A stretch of 64,000 nt of DNA, from positions 53,878,001-53,942,000 of the forward strand of contig OX597825.1 in assembly GCA_951406725.2 (NCBI GenBank), in the 5' to 3' direction. Source of the stretch: Octopus vulgaris. Its lineage: Eukaryota. Shown in pieces: positions 43,409 to 56,313 of this stretch; position 1 is the first letter of the stretch, and every line of letters begins with the position of its first letter. A program made the position numbers and the translations under genes. Below the pieces are notes generated by a model. That model was given only the letters and a program-made list of their open reading frames with translations, was not told the origin of the DNA and ran no database searches.

Positions 43409-43869
43409 ATCTGGGGAGAGTCATTTTCTTTTTGTGCCTTATAATTTAACACACCCACCGGTAAAATTTCCACTTCTTTTCCTAAAATTTTTGTTGCGTC
43501 TTGCAACGTTTTCAATAGTCTTGACTCTGTCCGTTATTTACTCTGCGTTCCTTTTTTGTTTGTGCGCATGGGTGTGGGTCAATGTGTGCGTGTGCCTATG
43601 CAAACATGCAAGAATGTATGTATGTATGTATGTATGTATGTATGTATGTATGTATGTATGCATGTGTGGGTGTATATATGGTCATGTGTTTCAATCTACG
43701 TTTGCGTATGTGAGCTTGTCTGTGCATATAACCTATGTACCTATCCGTGTGTATATGTCCATATCCATATGCTTACATACATGTGCATATACACATACAT
43801 ACACACACATATATACATACATACATCTACATAACAGTCCACTAACTATTCTACTCTACCTGTATAAAC

Positions 43870-45404
43870 CGTGGCTATGTGGGTATGATGTCTACTATAT
43901 ATATTTCCTATTTAGTATTGTGGAAGTTTCATTTATAAAGACGTACAGTCTTAATGTTGAGTTTGGTCTCCTTCAGAGCATTTCTAAATCTACGGGCCAG
44001 TTCTCTATGGGCTGTGGCCTCCCCAAACATAACTCCTTGATATCTGTCGGTTTTATACCACATGTTCGCCCTGTTTGTTTTGTCACAAGTTCTTTGTATC
44101 CTATTCCGTTCTTTGTTTCCATATCAAAAGCAGGTACCACTAGTATCATTATGCATAATGTTATCTAATTTCTCTCTAGCGCCCTGTATACTCGAACCCT
44201 ATCTTTCTGATCATACCCGCATGCAGTTCTGTTTATGTTTTTACCTTTCAAAGGGTTCGCATAGTGGGAACACGCTGTTCATTATCCTAACTATATCTGC
44301 TATCAGGATGTTAATTTTTATGTTGTGTGCAAAGCTGAGTTCTTGTGAACAACAGATTTTGAAGTTATGGGTTTCATGTAATAAGAGTGGAGGATTTGCA
44401 CTCTATTGTTCACAGTCTCTAACCGAAGTTCAGTATCAAGTACAGGGAGTCTGTTGTTGGGGTGCTTAGTGGGGTAATCTATAGTTACCTTGATACTTTG
44501 GTGGATGGCGTTTGCTATTTGCTGGATGCTCTCCATTATGTTCCTCTCAGATTCTACACTACCGTCACTAGAGTCGGTCCTAACTATGATTTTAATGTCA
44601 TCTACATATCTACTATAGAGTAGGAGAGTTGTGGACTGTTCTGCCAACATTTGTTTAAGTCTTCTGTCCCATCAGGTCATGAAGAGGCAGGCCACATCTC
44701 CAGCTACACCGACCCCAGTGGCTGCATCTTTAACCTGCATGTATAGTATTTTGTTAAACTTTACTATGTGATTCTTCAAGGTGATTTTTACATTGGCCCC
44801 TATTGATTGTGCAATAATTTCTTTCCCCTGATTGTTGTTCTCAGGGTTTTCGGTGGGTGCGGTTCAGTCACTCCAGCGCTCTGTGGTGTTTTTCTTCACA
44901 GCTGAAGTGATGGTGGGTGGTCTTCCCCTCTGTAACCTGGTGGGGAAGAATCTACTGAGGTCATGGTCATCCCATTAGTTACTGTTGTAGCTTAGTCGGA
45001 AGAGGAGGACCAGTTTCCTCGTATTAACCTTACGGAACTCCACTTCACTCACACATAATACATGAAGGCATTACTCCACGGCAAAGTCTATGTCTATAGA
45101 TGGGTCGTGTGAAATCACATCCATACTACCCACTACACAACCTGTGAGATCGTTAGAGTGGTTGAAAGTATTGATTTTACTGAGCTCCTCTTTGCTCACA
45201 CAGACATCTGGAGATATCTCTATGAGAGGTCGTAATACCTGTGAGAGGAAGTAGGACAGTTTATAGTTGCTGTAGGTATTCGCTGCGCAAACCGGCCTGG
45301 TTGGGGGCCTTATGACAGGGTTTATGTAGGGTTTGTAGTCTTTGCGTAACCCGTATGGTGTAGGAACATCATTGTGGGATGCTTGGAAATTGTGTGCTGT
45401 CATT
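43870..45404 (-). mobile_element. Penelope-like element RT relic
   Basis: YGLRKDYK...TRPVC, GSMDVISHDPSI (SxDVxSLYPSI), YSRYVDDI, LPVLD and YYMKPITS are Penelope-type RT motifs. Confidence 0.8.
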
Positions 45405-46849
45405 CATGGAACTAACTGCACACGCCGTGAGTAATTTATTCACATGTCACAACTTTACTTTCGTCTTCTTCCTTCCTTTTTCTTGTGGGCGGGGGTCTAA
45501 AACACTTCTTCCTTCCACAAATGAAGATATAGATGAAATGGTTTAAGTTTATATTTGGAGGTAGCGTAGGAACCTGTGAATTGTGAGTTATCGTGATGAA
45601 GATAATGACGACGTCGTTGATGACGACGCTGATGATTTAACATAATGCCAACCATTTTCACGGTAGGCGTGTAATCGATAATGTCAACTCCACTCTTTAA
45701 CTGAGACCTCTTTTCTTCCAAAGGCATTAAAACTTACCACTTCGGGATTTGAACTCAGAATATAAACAGCAGGAACAAATGCCACAACTCATTTGTTACC
45801 GATAATTTTAATGGCTCTGTCATTCGAAGTTGGTGAAATTTAACTCGGTTAGTAAAACAGTATAAGTAAATAATCTGTTTCAATATATGCCATGGGCAAT
45901 CAGTTTTATCGTTTTGAGGGGAATATTGTTGCACTTTAACATAAGGAAATTATCATTGAGTTTGGTGGATGGGGATTGAACCGTTTAGTAAAACGAAGAA
46001 AATACTGTTGCGTTATTTTGTAGGCATTTTAAACAGAGACTACATTCGAACTCACAATGGAATAAATATTGTACGGCAAGTTTGTGTCATCTTACCAATC
46101 GGCTACAATAGATTCTAATACCAGTAATATCAATATGTAGCTCCTGTTTCTCAGTGTTGTTCATGTATCTGTAAATATAGGCGCAGGCCAGGCCAGGCCA
46201 AATTATCTTGCAGCAACGAGTAGTTACGTATGTTTAAATGTTGTCACACCTTTCATGTCATTGATGTTTATCTTTTTGGAGCGTATTGTTCGATGTAGCT
46301 TAGAATTAGCATCAACGAACGCAACGAGCAAAGCCTGATATCGCAAAGCTTCTCTGTTGATCCTGGAATATTTCTCTCTATTCTCTCGCTGGATTGGTCC
46401 ATTTTTATCGACACCTAAATGGTGAAGGACGATATCGACCTGAATGGGATTTGAAATCAGATTGTAGAGTTTTGTAGGAAATAACGCAAAACCTTCTATC
46501 CAACAGTGAAATATTATGCCAATTTCCGCCAAGTTAATGAAAATGATTTGTATTATATCAGTTCTGTTAATGAGGTAATAAGAAGAATGATCATATATAG
46601 ATCGGATTTAAAAAGTAGACATATATTCGACTACAATAAGAATGTACGTATGGGATTCAATGTACAGAAAGCATTAAACTCACATTTCGTACAACTCTTA
46701 TGACATAGATGAGTTTTATTATTTTCTCTCTACATCTGTTCTCTTAAAACTAAAAGGTCAATGTTTCCTAAGCAAAATAGGTATTACCAGCATAGAATAA
46801 ATTATTTGAAGACTAAGGTAAAACAAAAATATAGACAATATATCCTACA

Positions 46850-47360
46850 TACAAGAGCTAGTACGATTCTCTAGATGAATTCTACTAATCCTTTCAGGAA
46901 AATTAAGAAGATTACAGCCCGTATCATCAGTAAACATGGCACAAACAATGAAGAAGTGCACATGCAATATATGGAATCCTTATAAATAAGAATATCAGCT
47001 TACAAACTTATATACAAAGGTATAGAATTAGGTAAAAACGTTTCTTTCAAAACTACGTTTTAAGCCAAAATCCTCACAAATGCTGCTGCAGAAGGAAACG
47101 TGAAAACAACGGTGAAAATAGATAAAATGCTTATTGAAGAAAATTTCGATATATTTTAGAAAAGCGATCTGTGAATAAGAATATAAGTACAGAAACAAAT
47201 TATTACTAGATGTAAAACCAAGCAGGAACCATTTATTTTTCAAAAGAAAAACAAAAATATAATCTTTTTGAAACCTTATAGTATGGGAATTAAGAGTGGT
47301 TCTGAATAGTTTTGGCAAAGGGAAAATGCTTAGTTTAGATAAAAAGTAACATTATAAATG
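46850..47360 (+). mobile_element. Possible very old LINE linker-region relic
   Basis: PYSMG/IVWELRVVLNSFGKGKMLSLD near 47275-47340 resembles the ExxxALxxxKxGKAPGxD motif; otherwise too decayed to assign. Confidence 0.3.
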
Positions 47361-48989
47361 CCTGTGGTTAAATATACTTCAATCAGAGCTTCGATGTATT
47401 TATAAATAATCTAAAACAAGTACGAAGCATGAGAGCAAAATCAATGATGCTTGGTAAAGATTGACAGATGATTCATCTAATCAGCTACCTTTCATTTGTT
47501 GTCCATAGGAAATATTTTTTCTCTAAAATGTATATAATAGTATGGCGTATTTCTTTTATGGAATGAGTCTGAAGAAAGGGCAGTTCCCATGACTTCCACC
47601 GTGATATTGATACTATTCACATCTACCTCGTTAGTTTGTTAATTCCCACGGAAAAGTTAGACGTACTTCTAAATGTTTTATTACCCGAGAAGAAATGACT
47701 GCATGGTTAGTACAGGACCAAGGGGGTTCGGCAAGAAATAACAATAGTACGAGAAAAGGTGAGTGGGAAATGAATTCTTGATTGGCGATGGCATGATCAC
47801 TGAGGAGCAGTGACTATAATCACATTCATAGAAGTATAGAGTACTGAGGCAGCGCACGTGATGGTGAGGGGTTGGCACATGCATGTGAATAAGAGTCGGT
47901 TGGTTAGCATGTCAGAGTCTACAGCGGTAATTGTGCCAATGATGTGTATGAAAAATTCCATTATAAGCTTCAATTGAACTGTGAAGCGTATAAAATTTGT
48001 TGAGCGCGATGTACCTTCTGCTTTTGAAGAGATGTTTCTGGGTTGCAGTCTAAACTAACTTAGTAATGAGATTTAGATACTATGCCTTGGCTATTTTAAG
48101 TAATAATGTATAAACTACCATGCTCTACTATAATTAAAGTAGTGTTTTGTAAACGTTAAATATTTACAGAAGAACTATATAATTATCGATGGGTTTCATA
48201 CCTCACTCATCAAAGGTGCGTAGTTTTAATGGTGCTAATATCTTCCCCATAGAATCTCAAAACATCTTCAGAACCTAATTACCTATTATGGTAAGCGATG
48301 TAATAACTTGATCCAACAACACTCTCCAAAGTTTGGAATTTATTTCTAAAAGCTACACATCAAAGGATAAGAACATTGTAATGACACATATGGCTCCGGT
48401 GATAAAAACGCTCAGAAGATAGGATCTATATGTCAAAGATATCTGTTCACTGAATAACTTTCCAACATAGCAAGAGAGAAGAAACAGCATTAGTCTTGGA
48501 AGAACGTGATAATAAATGTTAATATGCAGAAACTAATTTATGCAATTACTTTATTATTTTTTGCAAATACTGCCCCTGGGATATATTCTATGTAAACAAA
48601 ATTAGCAAACCATTAATTAAATCGTACTATGGAGATTCAAGCAGATCAAAATAATTGCCTCTGTTAACGAATAAGACCGATTTTAATAAACGAAACTCAA
48701 AACAAAAAAAAACAAACATAATCATATAATTAATTCAAAATATGGTTAAAAAAAGTATATGATAACGTTATACTTTATTCTTGTAAACATATAGTTATTC
48801 ACTAAAAAATATAAATAAATAGAATTTTTCTGTTGACAACAGAATTTTCTCCGTTGGAACAAAAAGTCACGAACATCCATTGAAAGACAAAATTAATAAA
48901 TGAGCGTTTTATATAAACGTATCCAACACATTTCTACTCTGGAACTCTTGCCAACTAAGTTACCAAAAGTAGAGTGGATAGTTTCGGCA

Positions 48990-50320
48990 CTTCATAGTCA
49001 GCATCTGTAGGTCTCGAGAGGCCCGAAGGAATCGTGTCAGCTGCAGAGGCCCACACGGGAGTGGAAGTCATGCATAAAGTGGTTGCATTTGAAGGAGCTC
49101 TCTGTCGGAGCTACAAGGTTTTCCTTCCGTTGAGTGCATTTTTCTTAGGTAGCAACTTCTTATCATTTTTCCCATCGCTGGACGTACAGGTCAAGTGACT
49201 TCATATCTCTCTTGCAAACGTCCTTTATACGAAGGTAAGTTCATTCTCGTGCTGTTATGCCGGTGGCCAATTCCCAATACAAAAGGTCTTTTGGAATCCT
49301 CCTCTCTGGCATGTGCTGTACATGACCGAGCCAGTGCAGACAACGCAGCTGGAGCAGGGTGAGAATACAGGGTATCTTGGTGAGGTTAAGGATTTCGGTG
49401 TTGTTGATGTGGTTGATCCATTTATTACCCAAAATGCACCTGAAATTACGAAGGTTGAACAGGTTGAGACACTGCTCTTGTCTGCAGTAAAGGCACCACG
49501 TCTCATTGCTGTAAAATAGCGTACTAAGGACGCACGCCTTATAGACAGCAATCTTTGTGCTTGCAGCCTGTTTTCTGTTTTTCCAGACTCCCTTTGTGAG
49601 CTTGGTAAATATGGAGTATACTTGTCCAATTCGCCTGTCATCAGTAACGGTAGATCCGAGGTAAGAGAATTCATGAGCAACTTCCAGCTTATAGTAGTTG
49701 GTGGTGCTAGGTACGTTGGCCCTATACTTTGTTCTTCTTCACGCTGAATGTCAGGTTGAATTCGTACTAGAACTTTGAGGCTTCCTTGATGTGGTGTTCA
49801 TTTGCTTCTCAGAGTGCGCTGTCAATAATGCGGTGTCTGCGAATAGCATTTCTCTGGCGAGTACCTGGCGCAACTATGATTTTGCTTTCAGCCTGGAGCA
49901 AGCATAGAGCCCTGCTTCATGCCGCTACGTATGTTGAATGCCTCCAAAGAAGAGCATGAAATTGAATACCCCGAGATGTACCGAGAGCAGAGGTAACAAC
50001 GCTTCATCGCCTTTATTGACCTCACAAAGGCTTTTGACGTATGCAGTGTTTCATATCCTGCAGGACTGTTCCCTCCTCCCACTACTGACACCGTAGTTTC
50101 AGCAAGTGGCTAAGTAGAACTCTCCTTGCACATCTGATGATCTCTAGCGAGATGCTGTCCAAACTCGGTGGCAAGCTAGCGGGCAAGCCAATGGCTCTAC
50201 TCAGTTCTTCAGCAGTTGGCAGTGTGTCCAGCAGTTCCATGACGGTGTCCAGTGCGCTGTGTGAGATGTTTTCCTCGGCGTAGAGTTCGCTTTCCTGGAG
50301 GACTTCTCTCACTTATTAGA
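48990..50320 (-). mobile_element. Decayed RTE-clade LINE
   Basis: IRSGMKQGSMLAP, LFADTAL, KIAVYKACVLSTLFYSNETW, LHWLGHVQHMPERRIPKDLLY, KDVCKRDMK and a terminal HSRVGLCS finger-like motif. Confidence 0.88.
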
Positions 50321-50339
50321 AAGCGAGAGAAGGCCTTAT

Positions 50340-50790
50340 TAGAAAAGCGAAACGATCCACATTACACGACGTAAATAGTGAAGTTTGGGGTAAGTGTCTA
50401 ATACTTTGAGGATACATAAAATGTGTTGTTTCAAGAGAGTTGGTTAAAATTGATGTCAAATAAATCCAGTTGCTGAAGGACAATTTGATATCAGACTTGG
50501 ATGAAGGTGAGAGTTTTCAATATGACGGAGTCTGGCTGATGAAAATGTTACCGTATTGAAAGATAGGCCAGTGCAGAGGCCTGATTAAATAAAATCGAGC
50601 AAATGGGAACAGAACTAAAGAGAAAATTTCGTCAGAAGAATCCATGCTATCTTTCAAGTGTTGTGGGAACTCATTCACAGAAAATGCCATCTCATACCTC
50701 TGAAGATGGTGAAAGATTTGTACGCATCTATTACCACACGAAACATTGACAATGTACAGTAACTTCTTGAAATGAACATTATGTAATAAA
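50340..50790 (+). mobile_element. Tc1-type transposase C-terminal relic
   Basis: Frameshifted FQYDG...WLADENVTVLKDRPVQRPD..KIEQMGTELKRK...LWELI...IPLKMVKDLYASI resembles FQQDNA...WPxQSPDLNPIENLW...IxxLYxSM. Confidence 0.65.
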
Positions 50791-51099
50791 TTTTCGTTAT
50801 ATACATTTTTCTGTTTTAAAAACTATATTTTGATTGGTTTATGTGAGGTGACCGAAAATATTGCATGGTCATTCTTGGTGGTCGCCTCGCATCTTCCTCT
50901 CTTATTCAGAACTCCTACTGAACAATATAATGATTAGTTATGGAAATTATTTAAACAGGGCCAATGTTTGATCTGTAAAAAACGCAATGCGAAACAACTA
51001 CATATAAGTTGGCAATTAGTAGAAATTTACAATAGTTCAAAGTGGCCGAAGACTTTTGCACAGAACTGATTTTATGTGTGAGTGTGTGTGGGAAGGTGA

Positions 51100-51280
51100 A
51101 GGTGCTGGGCTGAGTGTTTAAGATACTCTAGGTCCTGAGTTCGACTTGTGCCCTTGAGGAACACAACATATTTTGTGTCACTCTAGACCACTCAGGTGGC
51201 AAAATTTAGTTCTACCTGGAATTCAAAGGGCCAGTCTTACCACAATTTGTATCACACTGAATCTCCCTGAGAACTACGTT
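51100..51280 (+). mobile_element. Degenerate tRNA-derived SINE
   Basis: A-box-like GGGCTGAGTG, B-box-like GAGTTCGAC, followed by GTGCCCTTGAG. Confidence 0.5.
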
Positions 51281-52311
51281 ATATATATATATATATATAT
51301 ATATGCAGAGAGAGAGGGAAGGAAAGGAAGAGAGTGGGAGACAGAGAGAGAGATGAGTGGATTTATAGACAGATTGATGTGCACACTTAGAATATATGTG
51401 CGCGTGTGTGTGTACTTGTACCTGAGTGTACATTTGTATTTTATACTGTTCTGCATTTATGCAAGTATGACTGAAATGAGTACGCAGCTTGAAATATATC
51501 ACATTGAGATATCTTTATGCTATTAACGCAGGCAGCCACTCTCAACGGTAGTTTTTAACTACCTCATCATAACGAATTTAGGTTTATGCTTAATGATTTA
51601 ATGATCTTCAATACCTACTTGTACACACATACAACATACGTAGGCATTTCTCGTACTCCTTAATATTACGTTCTCTCAATAATCGAAGTAGTCATTTTTC
51701 TTTTGTGTTTTGGCTTTTATAGTAGAATATTAAAAACTATTAACCATTATGGCAGATGTAGACTTCTGGAAGACAGGGAACTTTCGTGTGTAAAAATATT
51801 AAATGAAAAATGTACGCTAAAAAACATAATCGACTGTAAAGCGATCCTAGCAAGTAAGAAGTAAAACAAAAAAAAACTGTAGGTAAAGAACTACTCTTTC
51901 TTACCATATTTCTAATCAGGCTATTGAGTGTTCATTAGGCTTTTATTCATGTAAGTTAGGTCGTGTTAATGAGATGTCCTGTGCTGGGTTCCACAGAGAA
52001 TTCTATTGTTCCAGAAATTGTGTCTTTTATCAAGTGAAAGATATGCAGCGATATTTTTTCTTCCGCACTTTTATATATATATATCTATCTATATCTATAT
52101 ATATATATATATATATATATTTGAATGTATGTATATATGCATGTATGTATGTGTATATATCTACATACATTCATTAATATATGAAAATGTAGATTTTTTT
52201 GTATTTCTCCAGATCATATTTTCATTTGAGAAATATGTGTCTTTTTATCTTTCTTTGAAGAGGAACACACTTGCATCTGAACACAAATGCGTTCTTAAAA
52301 AAAACATATCC

Positions 52312-52361
<50 letters not shown>

Positions 52362-52604
52362 CATTCGACAAATAGTTTAAATCTGCCATCACCGTCACAT
52401 CTTTTTGCGTCTATTGTAGTTAGCAGGAATAAAATTTCGTATGTCAAATATAACTGGTAGTTAATCGTTGCAACTTATCATCTCATACTACTAAACATTT
52501 AACATTTTGGCGCCCAGATTACAAGGATAAATTTTCAAATTTTCATTGCTCTCCAAGTCTTTCGCTTACGTTTGGCGGGCAACCAGAGAAGCTATAGATA
52601 TACA

Positions 52605-52744
52605 TATTGTATTGCACGTTCGACGTACGATATAACGGGATAATAAATAAGTCCTCACAAATTGCTCTACTCAAGGTACACAATACTTGTAATTAAATTC
52701 GACAATACGCAACCCTTGGATTTACACAACTCACCGACTCCCAA
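52605..52744 (-). repeat. Gypsy LTR R/U5 segment, copy 1
   Basis: About 80% identical by manual alignment to 59009-59149. Confidence 0.85.
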
Positions 52745-52877
52745 TTTCTTTATTTGGCACCCATAACTTAACAACACAAGGGGACAAGGACAAACAGAAT
52801 ACCACAGTTGGGACAATAAACATAAAACGAATGGAAGATGAAAAAGAAATGTATAATGAAATCGATGATGAGGAAAT
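52745..52877 (-). mobile_element. 3' tail A of a Tx1-related element; resumes at 54751-54787
   Basis: TTTCTTTATTTGGC...ACAAGGACAAAC...ACCACAGT...ATGAAATCGATGATGA, homologous to tails at 54788, 56314 and 59150. Confidence 0.75.
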
Positions 52878-54750
52878 TATTTCTTTATTCTAGGGACAAA
52901 GCCCAAACTGAGGGGACATACACAGACATGCGGGGACAAAAAGACACATGAAAGGATGAATGCAAAATGAAATTAATCCCAATGAAAATGAGATGGCCAT
53001 CTCGGCCCCGCTCCGAGAGGAAACCATGATTTCCTTTTCGTTTAAACCTTACATTTTAGCGAACATGTTTTTTACCAATGTCCATTCGACCGAGATGGTT
53101 ACAAGATTTACTTTTTTTAAACAAAAAGTTTAACCAAAAGGTTTTTACGAGACTTACCACTTTATCTTCTCTTTTATATCAACGTAATCCACCACCGAGG
53201 TTCGAGGTTCAATATTCACCTCTGGCTCCAGTAAATTTATGTCCGAAGGAAAGGCTTCCTTCAAAGCGCTATACTTTGTATCATCCATTACGACAAACCT
53301 CTTACTCTTGTCATAACCTTATTCACTCTTACAATGTCTTTTAATTTTGAAATTCTTCTGTCTAACTTTGAGTTGTCCTATATTTCACCAGAAAAAACAT
53401 ATTTCTGTGTGTGTCTTGTATGTCTGTGTTTTGTGACTCTGACTCTGTGTTTTTCGGTTTCTGTAATTCTACGCTATCCTGTGATTGTCTCCCTATGCTT
53501 CTCCATGACGGTATGTCTGTGTGTTTGTGTGTCTCTGTGACTGTAAACCTGCATGTATCGTCTGTATAGCTGTGTTTTTAGATTTCTGTGATACTAAGTT
53601 ATCTTGTATCTGTTTGTCTATATGTCTGTGTGTTTGCATGTCGGTGTGTTTGTGTGTCTGTGTGTCTGAATGTTTATGTACTTGCAAGTCCTTGCATTTG
53701 CTCGGTAATAAATACATATCTGTAGCTTTTTTCACTGGTGATCCTACTGGCGGACTATTCCTGCTTTTCGTTGTAGGTTGGATTACTTCTTCCATGGATT
53801 TGTATATTTTCTGTTCCATTATTGTTGGTGACCTCCTCTCTCTTTTTCTTGACTTTACCTCCACAAAATCACCATGTTTTTCTTTTATCTACTTCTGTTG
53901 TTTCTCCACTATTATGTTCTCCTGAGTACTCTCCTCTACGATTCCCACTGCTGCCCTAAGGCATCTCTTTCTCAAGTGCCCTCTTTCACCACACTCGTAA
54001 GAGTTTGGGGGCCTTTCCTCCAACAATATCTCCAGCTTTCCCTCATTTAGTAGCTCTAAATTTTCAGGTATTTAATCATAATACTTCTGGCTCACTGCAC
54101 AAATTACCTCTATTTTGCAGCCACAAAACTTCGCTTGTTGGGTCTGGCTTATCATGCCAATCCTAATATCTTCGCTGTTTCCCTCCTTATCTCCGAAAAA
54201 AAATCGCCGTTATTATCCAATCTGGTTCTATCCACAGTGGGATTATTCCTACCCTAAATCTGACAATTCGTTTAACCAACCAGTTTGGCAACACTGTCCT
54301 TTTCTCACCCTGTATCATCCTCTTAGAGGGTTTTTTTCCGCCTCCTCTTCTGATACAAAGGTTACCACTATAGACGCATATTTCTTTCCTCCTGTAAAGA
54401 ACGCTATGCTGACTCCTATATGTCTTTCCAAAATTTCTTTTCTCTTCCTGTGGTGCGTTTTCAGTTCTGCTTTTATTTGAAAATGTTTTGAATATTACCG
54501 TCTTTTCCATTTTCACTTCTTCCTCCTCTGGTAGGGTCAGTTTTATATTTTAATCCTCCTTCTCTACCATATTAACATATTGCACTGCAACATCTCCTGT
54601 TTCAATACACTCGGGTCAACGGGTACTCGATTTCCACTTCCAGTACCTTCTGTATAACTTCTCATTCTTTACAATTATTCACTACCACCAAACAATTTCA
54701 CACAAAAAAAAGCCGCTACAAAGTAAACGCACAACCGCTCACACCGATAA
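52878..54750 (-). mobile_element. ORF1-only Tx1-related element B (about 1.87 kb) with a 13-bp TSD
   Basis: TSD ATGATGAGGAAAT (52865-52877) / ATGATGATGAAAT (54751-54763). ORF1 motif FFTGGKKYASIVVTF. Zinc knuckle (S)YECGERGHLRKRC at 53961-54002. No EN or RT motifs seen. Confidence 0.75.
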
Positions 54751-54787
54751 ATGATGATGAAATGGCTACTTTGAGACCCATTCTCCT

Positions 54788-56308
54788 TTTCTTTATTTGG
54801 AAGCCAGGCATTAACATAAAGGGGATACACAAGGACAGACAGAACACCACAGTGTGGTCAAAATAAAAACTAAAAAGAATGAAAATGAAAAAAATTTATA
54901 ATGAAATCGATGATGATGAGATGGCTGCATTGAGCCCCACTCACAAGCAGTACCATTCAACTGTTCCTTTATACAATTTTCGCCAGTTTTCGTTTTTCTT
55001 TCTGCATCTTTTTTCCCATTTTTTAAAACGTCTATTTTCTTATTTTTTTCCTTCTATATTCTTTTCTCTTTTGTTTTTTCGTTTTTAAAAAGGACTCCTC
55101 TATTATCATTCATTAAAGATATTAACTCGTACTTAACTACTTTTAGTAGTTCCTCAAATTCAATTTCTTCCCCCAAAGGGTTCACATCATCTTCAAACAG
55201 TTCTTTGAACCATTTATAACTTTGCTTGTGAATCACCACTCCCTTGATATGCTCCGGGTAAGGATTTTTATGGCGCCTTTAAATTTCGTTATTTTCAGCT
55301 CTATGGCGGTGTTTTTCCTAAACAGTAAATGTTTCCTCTTTGTTTTCCTTTATTTCCAGCCCCTCCCCTTCGGCGGGTGGTTCTTCGCGTTGTTGTTCAT
55401 CCACTTTACATTCGTGCTGGGGTCACCATGCTCTCATGTGCACTTTTCGTTTACATCGAAAACATGTTCGAGGTTTTTTGGTAGAAGAATCTTTCTCCAA
55501 TTCAGTGTAGGTCTTTTAGCACAACTTGAATCGCTATCTCTAGGCCGTAGCCCCTCAATTAACTTTTATCGCTATAGTTACTATAAGGATCTTTGCATCT
55601 TCCTCCGTTTCGTGCATGACAACTGCCACCAGCCATGCCTCTTCGATCTCGGGAATACTCTACCGATTTTCACTCTGGCAACACGTTTGCCATACTGCGT
55701 CGGCAGCAGTACCCACACTTGTGTCCTTACCGGCTCAGTGGAGTGGTTAATAGCGTCCTCCTCGTTGGAGAACGCAACCTCCACTGTGCCGTATTTCCTT
55801 CCACGTGTATAAAGGTGGTGAGTCCTTTCACGTCTCCAAAACATTCCTCTATTTCCTCTATTGGGGCAATCTCTATATTTTCGGTAGCGCTTGACAACGT
55901 CCTGTACACAACAGTTTTGCCTGCTGCATTCTTCGTCATGTCTTCTGGTGGAGTCAGCTTTAAGCTGGTCCCTTCCCTTTCTAACAATTTGTTTCCTTCT
56001 TTCCATTTTTTCTCTATTTTTATCACGCGAATTTCAAGGATGTTGGTTGTAATACCTTGTGTAGTTGGAGGTGCATAACTTGCTCCACGCTCCATTCTCC
56101 TCTTTTCACCACTTCACCCAGAACTGCAGGAGAAACAACGTCCGAAACAGGCCAAAATCAACGACAGAAATCCAACAATTTAACAATATAAGGAAATTTG
56201 TTTCACCCGCGAGGGGAAACCTACAACAAATATATAAATAACAAGGTGTAACAATTTAACTCACGTTTAAAGATACCAAAGTCAATAGCCAAAAAGAGTG
56301 GGGCGACT
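54788..56308 (-). mobile_element. ORF1-only Tx1-related element C (about 1.5 kb)
   Basis: ATG at 56095. VVYRTLS...IEECF, then YTRGRKYGTVEVAF...LLPTQYGKRVARVKIG after a frameshift. C-terminal VVIHKQSYKWFKELFEDDV. Shared tail. Confidence 0.78.
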
Positions 56309-56313
56309 TTCTC

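Noticed and set aside
43434-44168. 244-aa ORF
   Set aside because: Runs through a (TGTA)n microsatellite and antisense Penelope sequence.
55222-55812. 196-aa Phe-rich plus-strand ORF (and 56770-57288)
   Set aside because: Antisense to ORF1 of elements C and E.
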